From a virus (lineage: Duplodnaviria; Caudoviricetes): DNA of 28,720 nucleotides. The DNA lies in the IMG/VR virus record IMGVR_UViG_3300021962_000489, positions 1-28,720 of that record; one strand, given 5' to 3'. Below the pieces are notes generated by a model. It worked only from the letters and a program-made list of their open reading frames with translations. It was not told the origin of the DNA and ran no database searches. The translations under genes and the position numbers were made by a program. Positions 1-9,777 of the stretch are shown one piece after another (the first letter of the stretch is position 1; each line of letters opens with the position of its first letter).

Positions 1-38
1 AGACATGGCAAGTTACATTAAAAAGATAATACATTAAT

Positions 39-218
39 ATGCGATATAAAACATTAGTTTCGAACAAGTTAGAAGCTTTAGATAACTCTATTAGCAGATT
101 AAACTCACTTCTATCCCAGGAGTTTACAAGGGAACAGTTTCAACAAGTCATTGAAGCTTTAAGAGAAAAAATTCAAGAAGTACAGACGCTAGTTAATACC
201 GAGCAAGAAACTTTCTAA
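39..218 (+). CDS. Small helical/coiled-coil hypothetical protein (59 aa), not in the supplied ORF track
   Basis: ATG at 39, open to TAA at 216-218: MRYKTLVSNKLEALDNSISRLNSLLSQEFTREQFQQVIEALREKIQEVQTLVNTEQETF. Same strand as all neighbours and fills the gap. Confidence 0.7.
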   Translation: MRYKTLVSNKLEALDNSISRLNSLLSQEFTREQFQQVIEALREKIQEVQTLVNTEQETF

Positions 219-225
219 GAAAAAA

Positions 226-257
226 GTTGCTTTCCTCTTCAGAAGGTAATATATTTA
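226..257 (+). promoter_or_regulatory. Candidate host-RNAP (early/middle) promoter
   Basis: GTTG(226-229)-20 nt-TATATTTA(250-257) resembles the Bacteroidota consensus TTTG-N19-21-TAnnTTTG. It also reads TTGCTT-17 nt-TATATT. Intergenic, 18 nt before ATG 276. Confidence 0.55.
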
Positions 258-275
258 ATAGATAAACCTATAATT

Positions 276-1046
276 ATGTTATCAGCAGAACAGATAGAAA
301 GTAATTTACAGAAGTTTTATAAGCTAATTGAAGAACATATCTCAGAGCCACGAGCTACTAAGCTTCTCGGATTATATCAATCACAAGAAGAAAATTTAGT
401 TCTCGCTCCTGCTTCCTCTCGAGCTCATTATCATAACTCCTTTCCGGGAGGTTATGTTGATCATGTGATAAGAGTCGTAGAAGCAGCCTCAAAAGTTAGT
501 ACTCTTTGGATGAGTATGGGAGCGACAATTAACTTTACGCACGAGGAGATGATATTTTCAGCAATTAATCATGACCTAGGTAAATTAGGTTTTGACGGAA
601 AACCTGCTTATGTCCCTAACGATTCTGAGTGGCATGTAAAAAATCAAGGTGCAAACTACAAACCTAATGTAGAGCTACCTTTTATTCCGATTCAAGATAG
701 TTCCTTATTTATTTTACAAGCCGCCGGAATTCCATTAACTATTAACGAGTTTATCGCTATTAAGACTCACGACGGACTCTACGACGAAGGTAATAAGCCT
801 TATCTTATTTCAAGTCAGAATGAATCAAAACTGAGAACATCTCTACCTATAATACTACATCAAGCAGACATGATAGCTGCAAGAATAGAATGGGAGGGAG
901 AGTGGATCGATAAGATTGGTACTGTTAAGTCTAAAGAAGTGAGGCCTGCTACTGCAACTCAATTTAAGCAGCAAGCTGAAGCTAAAAAATTATCTAATAT
1001 TGGAAAAGGTAATCCTGGATTACTTAACGCATTAAAAGGACTATAA
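276..1046 (+). CDS. HD-domain metal-dependent phosphohydrolase (YhaM-like HD domain)
   Basis: APAS..HYH..FPGGYVDH, NHDLGK (HD motif), THDG, LHQADMIA. Confidence 0.85.
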   Translation: MLSAEQIESNLQKFYKLIEEHISEPRATKLLGLYQSQEENLVLAPASSRAHYHNSFPGGYVDHVIRVVEAASKVSTLWMSMGATINFTHEEMIFSAINHDLGKLGFDGKPAYVPNDSEWHVKNQGANYKPNVELPFIPIQDSSLFILQAAGIPLTINEFIAIKTHDGLYDEGNKPYLISSQNESKLRTSLPIILHQADMIAARIEWEGEWIDKIGTVKSKEVRPATATQFKQQAEAKKLSNIGKGNPGLLNALKGL

Positions 1047-1047
1047 T

Positions 1048-1320
1048 ATGGTATTTGGATGGATAATGGTCGCCTTATGGGCACTAACTGTAGTAGGTTG
1101 GATTATTTTTAACCTATATCGTAAAAACGAAAAATTAGAGAACACTGTAATTAATCAAGCTAACTTTATTGGAGGGCTACAGTCCTTAATAGGAGAGTCC
1201 GATAAAGCATTGAAGAACTTAGATGATAAGATATGGATGGAGAGTGATACAGAACTACAAACAGTATTTCAGAATCTAAAAGCAATTCAAGAAGCACTAA
1301 ATCAATTTAACAGAGGGTAA
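1048..1320 (+). CDS. Small membrane-anchored coiled-coil protein
   Basis: Hydrophobic N-terminal helix (VFGWIMVALWALTVVGWIIFNLY) followed by RK and a heptad-like region. Confidence 0.7.
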   Translation: MVFGWIMVALWALTVVGWIIFNLYRKNEKLENTVINQANFIGGLQSLIGESDKALKNLDDKIWMESDTELQTVFQNLKAIQEALNQFNRG

Positions 1321-2093
1321 TGGTAGAAGATATTTTTAAGGTAGAAGAGGCGGAAGTTACACTTACCAAAGACGGTAAAGTCAGAAAAAGGAGACCTAAA
1401 AAATCTATAGACTACTTTACCTTAGAAACACAACAAGCTATTATAGATTATAGAAAAGAAAAATCTCAAGTTAAAAGAGATCAAATTTTTAACGAAAAGA
1501 TCTACTATGCTTTTTATAAATTAGCTGAAAATATTATTCATACGTTTAAGTTTTATTATACGGAAGTTAATAATATTAACGAACTTAAACATGAAGTAAT
1601 TGCTTTTCTTCTCGAAAAATTACACCTTTACGATCAAACTAAAGGAAAAGCTTACTCCTATTTCGGAACTATTGCTAAGAGGTATCTTATCGTTTATAAC
1701 AATAATAACTATAAAAGATTAAAAGGTAGAGCAGCAGTAGAGGATGTAGATACCGATAAAACCATTACTAACGAGCTACTAAGTAACGATTCAAGTCTCT
1801 TAGAAGAACTGACCTTTATTGATTTATTTATTCAGAGAATAGATAAAGACTTATTAGAGTTATTCCCAAAACCACAAGAAGCTCGAGTTGGAGATGCTAT
1901 TTTAGAGTTGTTTAAGCGAAGAGAGAATATTGATATCTTCAATAAAAAAGCGCTCTTCATCTACATAAAGGAGATTACTGATGCACCTACTCCAGTCATC
2001 ACTAAGGTAATAAAAGTATTAAAGGAAGTCTACAAGGAGATGCTTAACGAATATCTAGAGAAAGGGACTAATTTCGATATTTTTTCTCGCTAG
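1320..2093 (+). CDS. Phage-encoded RNA polymerase sigma factor (probable late sigma, functionally gp55-like)
   Basis: Sigma region-2-like segment LAENIIHTFKF..ELKHEVIAFLLEKLHLYDQTKGKAYSYFGTIAKRYLI and a helical C-terminus. Directly precedes the structural module. Confidence 0.7.
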   Translation: MVEDIFKVEEAEVTLTKDGKVRKRRPKKSIDYFTLETQQAIIDYRKEKSQVKRDQIFNEKIYYAFYKLAENIIHTFKFYYTEVNNINELKHEVIAFLLEKLHLYDQTKGKAYSYFGTIAKRYLIVYNNNNYKRLKGRAAVEDVDTDKTITNELLSNDSSLLEELTFIDLFIQRIDKDLLELFPKPQEARVGDAILELFKRRENIDIFNKKALFIYIKEITDAPTPVITKVIKVLKEVYKEMLNEYLEKGTNFDIFSR

Positions 2094-2094
2094 C

Positions 2095-2102
2095 TATTTA
2101 TT
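2095..2102 (+). promoter_or_regulatory. Candidate late promoter motif TATTTATT
   Basis: Intergenic, just after the sigma stop and 13 nt before ATG 2116. The motif recurs at other gene starts. Confidence 0.5.
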
Positions 2103-2115
2103 TTAAAGGAGTCTT

Positions 2116-2481
2116 ATGAGTCTTGATTTTGAAATATATAGTGGAAAGCAGTATACAGATTTAGTAAAAGATATTGTTAAGAATCATAAAGCAAAGCAAA
2201 ACCAGATTAAATTACTAACCGATCAGCTAGTAGAGATGGTTAGTGAGCCTGGAGATGCTGTTATGGTAGTACCTTTAATTAAGGGTTATCTAGATTCTGA
2301 TATCAAAAACGATGAAGCTTTAGTTAAACTAGCTCAGATCTTACAGAAAGCAAACCAAAGTACTGAGTCTGCCGACGGTCCTTTTAATGAGAAAGACCTT
2401 GAGATGTTATTTAGTGATATTCAAAAAACTAATATACCTATAAAAGAGGATGAAATTAAAGCGATAACTAATGGCAACTAG
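2116..2481 (+). CDS. Hypothetical helical protein
   Basis: 121-aa ORF with an SD-like AAAGGAG upstream; no motif recognised. Confidence 0.7.
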   Translation: MSLDFEIYSGKQYTDLVKDIVKNHKAKQNQIKLLTDQLVEMVSEPGDAVMVVPLIKGYLDSDIKNDEALVKLAQILQKANQSTESADGPFNEKDLEMLFSDIQKTNIPIKEDEIKAITNGN

Positions 2482-3415
2482 CTTTAATCCTACCTTTGTT
2501 CAGAGTGTAGCGCAAACAGGTCAGAATACTTCTCGCCAAAAAGCGCCCTATATTATAGGACGGGTAACTCATGTTGTAGTCGGACCTACTTATGCTGGTT
2601 CGACATTAAAAGACCCTTACTATCAAAACCCTACAGACATAGGCAGTATTACGTATCAACTGTTACAGGGAGTTCAAGATAGAACTTTACAGAGCGGCGG
2701 TAATCCTATTGCAAAACCCGTTAATTCTGCAGTAAAACATCTCCCTTTAGAAGGAGAATTGGTATTACTTGTTCCAGGACCTAGTACGAAATTAAATGAA
2801 AGTAGAGGACAGCAGGATTATTACTACCTCGCTCCTTTCAATCTTTGGAATGCTAGTCATCACAACGCTTTTCCTGATCTAGGAGATCTAGCTGAATATG
2901 CTAATACCGATAATAGAACTTATGATCAATCTCTAGGATTAAATCAACCCTCAAATCTATCTGTAACTCAATCAGGAAACTATCCTTTAAACCCTGAGTT
3001 TAACGAACTGTCGAATATAAAATCACTACGAACCTTTATAGGGGATGTAACCGTAGAAGGTAGGTGGGGTAACTCTATTAGATTCGGTTCTACTACAGCA
3101 GACAGAAAACAAAATAACTGGTCAGCAACAGGATCTATTGGAAATCCAATAACCATCATTAGAAATGGACAAGGAAAACAGATAGATCCTACAGCTTGGG
3201 TACCTACTGTTGAAGATATTAATAGGGACCCTACTTCTATTTATCTAACCTCAGGACAAAAAATAGTTATCGATGACATACAGAATAATTTTACTTTAAC
3301 AAGTCTACAAGTATCTCTGGAAAGAACTATTACAACTGCTATACCTGTTCAACAACAGTTAGCAAGTTACGATAGTTTATCTCCTTTAGATCAAGATAAA
3401 AGAATTAGTTCATAA
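2471..3415 (+). CDS. Putative baseplate hub/central spike, N-terminal part (gp5/gpV-like)
   Basis: OB-fold-like N-terminus (IGRVTHVV..LPLEGELVLLV) and beta-rich GDVTVEGRWGNSIRFGS..ITIIRNGQ..SIYLTSGQ. Lies upstream of gp25-like and gp6-like genes. Confidence 0.55.
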   Translation: MATSFNPTFVQSVAQTGQNTSRQKAPYIIGRVTHVVVGPTYAGSTLKDPYYQNPTDIGSITYQLLQGVQDRTLQSGGNPIAKPVNSAVKHLPLEGELVLLVPGPSTKLNESRGQQDYYYLAPFNLWNASHHNAFPDLGDLAEYANTDNRTYDQSLGLNQPSNLSVTQSGNYPLNPEFNELSNIKSLRTFIGDVTVEGRWGNSIRFGSTTADRKQNNWSATGSIGNPITIIRNGQGKQIDPTAWVPTVEDINRDPTSIYLTSGQKIVIDDIQNNFTLTSLQVSLERTITTAIPVQQQLASYDSLSPLDQDKRISS

Positions 3416-3843
3416 TGTACGTACCACAGTTTCCATATACGGGTGACCAAGCAATTATTTCTTCAGGAAGGGTAGTACATCATTCTTATGATGATTTTAT
3501 TTTTCTATTCGGTAAGAAAGGAGTGAGTCTTTCTTCTCCAGCTACTTTTACTGTAGATGCTAATGAAAGGACGATAATATCTTCTCCTAAAATTGAATTA
3601 GGATATCAAGCTGAAAAAAATGGAGATCCTGTTTTACTAGGTAGAAAGACCGTTGAACAGCTCGGAAATTTACTAGATGCAGTTAAAGCTCTAAGTGATG
3701 CTCTAGCTAAAATATCTGAGAAAGAGCTTGAAAAATCCATACCTGGAATAGTAAATACAAGTAAATTTCTAAGTTCACAAGCTACAACAGTAAAATCACA
3801 GTTAGGAATTAATTGTTTATCAAAATCAACTTTTACTAACTGA
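3415..3843 (+). CDS. Putative central spike, C-terminal part (beta-helix plus helical tail)
   Basis: Short repeating beta strands (QAIISSGRVV..IFLFGKKGVSLSS..TVDANERTIISSPKIELG..PVLLG). TAATG-coupled to the previous ORF. Confidence 0.5.
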   Translation: MYVPQFPYTGDQAIISSGRVVHHSYDDFIFLFGKKGVSLSSPATFTVDANERTIISSPKIELGYQAEKNGDPVLLGRKTVEQLGNLLDAVKALSDALAKISEKELEKSIPGIVNTSKFLSSQATTVKSQLGINCLSKSTFTN

Positions 3844-5813
3844 TGGCAGGAATTGGTATATCACTAGAAAAAATTATTATAGGAGCTGCCAAAGGAGTTG
3901 CAGATTTGCAAATCGGTGTAAATAAGATCCTATGGGGAAATGCTAATACACAGTCTGCTTTTTCAGCTAAGTATGACCCTGTTAAAGGCAGTGTAGAGTA
4001 TACTGCTCAGACTACTCAACCGGTTGCTGTAAAAAAAGGTTCATTAATAAATTCAGGATTATATAACGCCCTAGATGCTCTTAATTCTGTAGACCTTTGT
4101 AATGTTATTACGTATACGCTAGATACTATAAACTTAAAAAAGACCCCTAGACCTCCACGTGAAACGTGGGGACCGGAGCAAGAAGCTTTTTATTCTCTAC
4201 AAGATCAATGTTTTACTGTTAGAGTTTTAATTGATAAGTATACTGCTTTTCCTAATACACTAGTCTCTTCTTATCTAGGAACAGACTTAGAGGCTATAAC
4301 TAATCAAGAAGCAGTTAATACATTCGGTGCTCCGTTAAATTCTACAGATATCTCAGGTACTTCTGCTGAAAGATTAAATACCTATAACCTACTCTTAGCT
4401 ATTCAGGATATTTTTCAAAGAGAAGCTAAAACAGTTACTAAGAGTTTATTTACTCCTGAAGAGAAGCAAATACTAAATCTAGTACCAGGGCTAGGAGGTA
4501 ACGTTAATTTTATTGATGACTTCCTAGGTTTTGTAAAAAAGTATACAGACTATAGGACTATAACTAATGCAGATTTATTAAAACTTCAAAAGAAGATCTC
4601 ACAGCTTAGATCTATTTGCGTAGCTATTGAAACATTGAGTATAAAGTCTGCAGCCGCTGTTGTAGGTAATTTTCTCAATATTGATATTAGAGCTCAAATA
4701 CAAGAGCTAAGTAAGTATGTAGATCCTACTAGAATAATACCTACAGTAAGACAGATCGTAGGAGCAGTTCAAGCTTTTGTTAGGATAGCTACAAAGCTTC
4801 AAAATATAATTAAACAAGCACAGTTTATTATTAAAATAGCTTTACTTGTTATTAAAGTCTTTAAATTTGTACAAGCTTTTATCTTAGGCTTACCGTTAGG
4901 TAATATTTTCACTACAGTAGGAATACAAGCAGCCTTCGATAAAGCACGTGCTGCTGCCGAAGACACTACTAACGGACTTGTTAAGTTATTAAAGGAAGTA
5001 AATGCTTTATTAGCAGTCGTACTTATTTTTGTACGTTATTTGCTTGCTAATGCAAATGAAATTTTAATAAGACTCCGACAACTCCTAGCTGCTTTAGAAG
5101 GTTGTGATGCCATGAAAGATTCTGAAGTACTAACAGAATTAAAAGGGTCAATAGAGAGTCTAGAAAATCTTCGAAACGATCTTGCTGCATACATAACACA
5201 GTACGATTCTAAAACTAACCCAAATACTGCCTTCTTTGGACCATATGAGATTAAAGTTATAGATGAAGAAGTAGTAGAAAGAACGATTGTTAACAGGAGA
5301 AGAAGAGGTGTTGCATTGGATAAAAACGGGTTTATTGTTGCTCAATCAGATCTTACTTTTGCTACAAATACCACAGTAATTATCGAAGAGGTAAAGATTA
5401 AATTGATATCCGCAGGATTAGTACAACCCTCGTTATCTATACTAAGCGGATCAGATTTAGCTACTGTCAGTACTTCTTTAGATTATCTAGATAGTAACGA
5501 TGTACTACAAGACAATCTAAACATACAAACTATCGAAAACTTAGATAGCCCTGATAATGAAGATGAAAGTAAAGGAACTGGGCTTAATGCCTTTATCAAT
5601 AAGCTACCAGGCGGAAGAAGCCTGAGAAAGAGAACTCGTGCAGCTTTAAATTCTTCTGCAGATAAGTTAAAATCACAGATTGCAACAGAGGGTGAAATAG
5701 CTAGTTCCGCTATAGAATTTAGTCAAAACACTGCAACTTCGGTAGGAACCGGTACTGAAACTCCACAAGAACAAGTAGTAGGATCTACAAGAAGAGGGCG
5801 TAGAAACAGATAA
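3843..5813 (+). CDS. Large helical protein of the baseplate cluster, function unknown
   Basis: 656-aa ORF, TGATG-coupled, with long amphipathic helices and two hydrophobic segments. Confidence 0.6.
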   Translation: MAGIGISLEKIIIGAAKGVADLQIGVNKILWGNANTQSAFSAKYDPVKGSVEYTAQTTQPVAVKKGSLINSGLYNALDALNSVDLCNVITYTLDTINLKKTPRPPRETWGPEQEAFYSLQDQCFTVRVLIDKYTAFPNTLVSSYLGTDLEAITNQEAVNTFGAPLNSTDISGTSAERLNTYNLLLAIQDIFQREAKTVTKSLFTPEEKQILNLVPGLGGNVNFIDDFLGFVKKYTDYRTITNADLLKLQKKISQLRSICVAIETLSIKSAAAVVGNFLNIDIRAQIQELSKYVDPTRIIPTVRQIVGAVQAFVRIATKLQNIIKQAQFIIKIALLVIKVFKFVQAFILGLPLGNIFTTVGIQAAFDKARAAAEDTTNGLVKLLKEVNALLAVVLIFVRYLLANANEILIRLRQLLAALEGCDAMKDSEVLTELKGSIESLENLRNDLAAYITQYDSKTNPNTAFFGPYEIKVIDEEVVERTIVNRRRRGVALDKNGFIVAQSDLTFATNTTVIIEEVKIKLISAGLVQPSLSILSGSDLATVSTSLDYLDSNDVLQDNLNIQTIENLDSPDNEDESKGTGLNAFINKLPGGRSLRKRTRAALNSSADKLKSQIATEGEIASSAIEFSQNTATSVGTGTETPQEQVVGSTRRGRRNR

Positions 5814-5819
5814 TAAATA

Positions 5820-5827
5820 TATTTATA
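5820..5827 (+). promoter_or_regulatory. Candidate late promoter motif TATTTATA
   Basis: In an 18-nt intergenic gap, 4 nt before ATG 5832. Confidence 0.5.
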
Positions 5828-5831
5828 ACAT

Positions 5832-6251
5832 ATGGCGAAATTAGATGCACTTAGAAAAATTATTCGCGAAGAAGTTCGAACAGTATTCCAAGAGGAACTT
5901 GCCGGAATTCTAAAAGAAGCTATTATAGCGAATAAAGGACACCAGACTATTACTGAGTCTGTGAAAACTACACCTGTACCTGCTACATTGAATAGGTCTA
6001 TTCCTCGACCTGTAGCACCCGTGTTAGGTCCGAATAACCCACTAAACAGCCTTTTGGCTGAAACTGCTCGATCAATGTCTCCGGAAGACTTCGGAGTTTA
6101 CGGTGGACAGACATTAGAAAGAGATGCTCCGACTGTAGAGTCTGTAGATCAAATGTTTGCTAGCGCTAGAAAAAGTTCTAACTTCGAAGCAATTGAAATT
6201 AATGCAATTCCAGATTTTTCTGCTGCAATGGCTAAAATGAATATCCTCTAG
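5832..6251 (+). CDS. Hypothetical virion-associated protein with an LRKIIREEV N-terminal helix
   Basis: 139-aa ORF; N-terminus contains IRE, LKE and ITE motifs. Confidence 0.65.
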   Translation: MAKLDALRKIIREEVRTVFQEELAGILKEAIIANKGHQTITESVKTTPVPATLNRSIPRPVAPVLGPNNPLNSLLAETARSMSPEDFGVYGGQTLERDAPTVESVDQMFASARKSSNFEAIEINAIPDFSAAMAKMNIL

Positions 6252-6661
6252 TGGCATATAACTTAAGAAATATTAACGTATTAGACTTAAGACCTTCGGT
6301 AGGAATCGGAGTTGCATTACCTTTTAATACTCCCGCAGTATTTCAAACAGTATATACAACTAGAGAACAACTGAAGTATAACTTGATTAACTTTCTTTTA
6401 ACAGATAAAAGAGAGAGAATCTTTAATCCAAATTTTGGAGCAGACATTAGAAAACAGTTATTTGAGCAAATTACAGCCGATACTTTTGATGTTTTGGATA
6501 CTCAAATTAGAGCTGGAATAGAGCAATATTTTCCGAATGTAGCTATTACAGATCTTGTTATAGGAGCAGAACCGGATAAGAACTTATTAACAATTCAGTT
6601 TTCATATACTATAGCTAATACAGGCGAGTCAGATAATGTAATATTAAATCTCAATGGCTAA
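6251..6661 (+). CDS. Baseplate wedge / sheath initiator (T4 gp25 / GPW-like)
   Basis: QLKYNLINFLLTDKRERIFNPNFGADIRKQLFEQ..IEQYFPNVAI matches the gp25 pattern. GTG start overlaps the upstream TAG. Confidence 0.88.
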   Translation: MAYNLRNINVLDLRPSVGIGVALPFNTPAVFQTVYTTREQLKYNLINFLLTDKRERIFNPNFGADIRKQLFEQITADTFDVLDTQIRAGIEQYFPNVAITDLVIGAEPDKNLLTIQFSYTIANTGESDNVILNLNG

Positions 6662-8513
6662 CAAAGATATACGGTATTTAAATAAAGATTTTAATAGCTT
6701 CAAGGAAGCGTTGATAGAGTATGCAAAAGCATACTACCCTAATTCTTATAACGACTTCTCAACCTCTTCTCCCGGTACTATGTTCATCGACATGGCTTCA
6801 TATGTAGGAGATGTTCTTTCTTTTTACTTAGATAACCAGGTACAAGAGACGTTCTTAGAGTATGCAAAACAGACTAATAATCTTTATGCATTAGCTTATA
6901 TGTTAGGTTATCGACCTAAAGTAACTTCTGCTGCTATTGTAAATTTAGATATCTATCAACAATTACCAGCCTCGGGTGCTAGCTATCTTCCTGACTTTAA
7001 CTATGCTTTGACTATAGACGAGGGAATGCAAGTTAGGTCTAATATCAATAATTCTAACTTTTTTTACTGTCCTAATAAAGTAGATTTTAATCTATCCTCT
7101 TCGATAGATACAACAGATATTTCTGTGTATACTACTGTAGGAGGTAATCCAAATACGTACCTACTAAAGAAAACTACGCCTGCTATCTCAGGACAGGTTA
7201 AAACAACTACCTTAACTTTTGGCGCAGCAGAAAGGTTCCCAATAAGAACTATCGAAGATACGAACATTATTGAGATTTTAAGTGTAGTAGATAGCAACGG
7301 CAATAAATGGTACGAAGTACCCTATTTAGCTCAAGACTATATACTGAATCCAGTACAGAATACTTCTACGAATTACCCACAGTTGTATCAAGAAGCTAAT
7401 CAAGTTCCATACGTTTTAGAGAAAATAGAAGTACCGAGAAGATTTGTATCTAGGTTTAAAACTAATACTCTTTTAGAACTTGAATTCGGAGCTGGTATAA
7501 CTGCAGTATCAGGATCGATACCAAATCCATTTAATGTAGGTATAGGAACAGTAAACGGAATTGATCTTTTAAATACTGCTTTTGATCCGACAAACTTTGT
7601 AACTAACGATTCTTATGGATTAGCTCCAGTAAATATAACACTAAATATAACATACTTAGTAGGAGGAGGAGCAGCAGCAAATGCTCAAATAAACGAATTA
7701 ACGTATATCTCTTCTATTAGTTCTAATTTTACGCATCCTGTAAATCCTGGAGTTGCTACAACCATACAAAACTCTGTAGCTACAAACAACACTACTAGAG
7801 CTGTTGGTGGTGGAGACGGTGATACACCGGAAAGCTTAAAGTTAAATACTTTAGCAATGTTCCCTTCTCAGATGAGAGCTGTAACGCAGCAAGATTATCT
7901 CGGGATGGTCTTAGGAATGCCTCCTAAATTTGGACAAGTAGCTAAGGCTTATGTGACTAAAGATACAGCAACTTTTGCTCAATACCTAGTTGGAGAACCA
8001 GGAGAAAGAGATCCTCTCGCTACTTCTATTTACTTACTTAGTTATAATACTGCAGGACAGTTTACTGATCCAGGACCTGCTTTGCTTAAAAATATTCAAA
8101 CTTATTTAGGGCAGTATAGAATGCTCACAGATACAGTTATTTTAAAGCCTGCTTATATAGTAAACATTCAAGTTAATTTTGATATTATAGTAAGGCCGAA
8201 TTATACTTCTAGGGATGTTATCGCTAATTGTCTAATAGCTTTAAAAGCTTACTTTAATAGAGAGAATTGGCAAATTAACGAACCTATTATTATATCTGAA
8301 ATCTATACACTATTGGATCAGATAGCTGGTGTGCAGACTGTCCAGAAAGTACAGATTAATAATATCGCAGGTACCGGACAAGGTTATTCGCAGTATAGTT
8401 ATGATATACCAGGAGCAACATTAAATGGAATTATTTATCCTTCTCTAGACCCAAGTGTCTTTGAAGTTAAATATCCAGATGTTGATATTAAAGGACGCGT
8501 AGTAACAATGTAA
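6654..8513 (+). CDS. Baseplate wedge protein (T4 gp6 / baseplate J-like)
   Basis: DFNSFKEALIEY, YVGDVLSFYLD, LAYMLGYRP, LEFGAG, AVGGGDGDT, RAVTQQDY. Confidence 0.88.
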   Translation: MANKDIRYLNKDFNSFKEALIEYAKAYYPNSYNDFSTSSPGTMFIDMASYVGDVLSFYLDNQVQETFLEYAKQTNNLYALAYMLGYRPKVTSAAIVNLDIYQQLPASGASYLPDFNYALTIDEGMQVRSNINNSNFFYCPNKVDFNLSSSIDTTDISVYTTVGGNPNTYLLKKTTPAISGQVKTTTLTFGAAERFPIRTIEDTNIIEILSVVDSNGNKWYEVPYLAQDYILNPVQNTSTNYPQLYQEANQVPYVLEKIEVPRRFVSRFKTNTLLELEFGAGITAVSGSIPNPFNVGIGTVNGIDLLNTAFDPTNFVTNDSYGLAPVNITLNITYLVGGGAAANAQINELTYISSISSNFTHPVNPGVATTIQNSVATNNTTRAVGGGDGDTPESLKLNTLAMFPSQMRAVTQQDYLGMVLGMPPKFGQVAKAYVTKDTATFAQYLVGEPGERDPLATSIYLLSYNTAGQFTDPGPALLKNIQTYLGQYRMLTDTVILKPAYIVNIQVNFDIIVRPNYTSRDVIANCLIALKAYFNRENWQINEPIIISEIYTLLDQIAGVQTVQKVQINNIAGTGQGYSQYSYDIPGATLNGIIYPSLDPSVFEVKYPDVDIKGRVVTM

Positions 8514-8517
8514 TAAC

Positions 8518-9777
8518 ATGGCAGTATATCAAATATTTTCATCCGCTGACGCTACTATCTATTCAAGGTACCCTACTAAAAATACAGGAAGGGATCCTAT
8601 TCTAGAAGTATCTGCAAAAAACTCACAGGACGGAGTTAGATTCTTAAATAGAACTTCTATAACTGATAATCCGTACTATACATACGATCTAGCTGCAAAC
8701 AGTGATTACTCAACAACTGACGCTTATTTTCCAGTAACGGATATTAGAAGAGCCTTATTACAGTTTGCTCCGGCTGAAATCGCTAAGCTAAAGACTTTTG
8801 CTTCACAATCCGTAAGTGGATCTTGGCAAGCAAATTTAAAAATGTTTTTAGCTTCTGCTCAAAACTTAAATACAACTTACTCTTTAGAAGCTTATGCAGT
8901 ATCTCAGTCATGGACTATGGGTACAGGACAGTTTGCACAAGAACCTGAATCTAGAAACGGAGTAAGTTGGGAGTATACAGGACCTTATCAAGCATCACCT
9001 GCTTGGAGTATAACCGGAAGTAGTTTTCTTACAAATTATTCAGGAAGTCAGTTTTTTGATTATATGTCTAATAAAGATATCAATATGGATATCTCTGACA
9101 TAGTTAACGGATGGTTTTCTGGATCGAATGCAGGCGGTATAAACAATTACGGACTTGAGGTTAAACACCCAAGTTATGTAGAACAAAATACAAGCTCTTT
9201 TGTAGACTTAAAGTTCTTCTCTGTTGATACTCATACAATCTATCCGCCGACTATACAGTTTATGTGGGACGATGCTTATTATTACCCGCAAGGAACTAAT
9301 TATGTATTAAATGACCAGATTACTATTGTCTTACAGAACAACTTAGGTCAGTTTAAACAAAACCAGGTATATAAAATGAGAACGGGAGTAAGGTACACCT
9401 ATCCTCCTAGAACTTTCTCAACACAGTCTGCTTACCTAACCTCTCTCTATCTACCCGAAAATACATACTGGTCTTTACAGGATGTTAAAACAGAAGAAAT
9501 AGTAGTAGATTTTGATCCGACATATACAAAATTAAGTGCTGATAGTGTGAGTAATTATTTTACTCTTTATACCGCTGGCTTGGAAGTTAATAGATTTTAT
9601 CGTATCTTAATAAAGACAAACATCTACTCTACCACTTACGGACCTCTATCAGTGTATGACAATGAGCAATCAATCTATAATGCACTGTCGTTGTACGGTA
9701 CACAAGATCTCGCTCTACTACCGGCAGAGGAAGTTATTTATACAGGGCAGAATTTGATGTTTAAAATAGTTGAATAA
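8518..9777 (+). CDS. Virion structural protein, beta-rich (DNRLRE-like N-terminal domain)
   Basis: ADATIYS..NTG..ILEV..RALLQF..W..G..SW..DISDIVNGW..NYG..FFS..P pattern; located in the baseplate module. Confidence 0.55.
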   Translation: MAVYQIFSSADATIYSRYPTKNTGRDPILEVSAKNSQDGVRFLNRTSITDNPYYTYDLAANSDYSTTDAYFPVTDIRRALLQFAPAEIAKLKTFASQSVSGSWQANLKMFLASAQNLNTTYSLEAYAVSQSWTMGTGQFAQEPESRNGVSWEYTGPYQASPAWSITGSSFLTNYSGSQFFDYMSNKDINMDISDIVNGWFSGSNAGGINNYGLEVKHPSYVEQNTSSFVDLKFFSVDTHTIYPPTIQFMWDDAYYYPQGTNYVLNDQITIVLQNNLGQFKQNQVYKMRTGVRYTYPPRTFSTQSAYLTSLYLPENTYWSLQDVKTEEIVVDFDPTYTKLSADSVSNYFTLYTAGLEVNRFYRILIKTNIYSTTYGPLSVYDNEQSIYNALSLYGTQDLALLPAEEVIYTGQNLMFKIVE

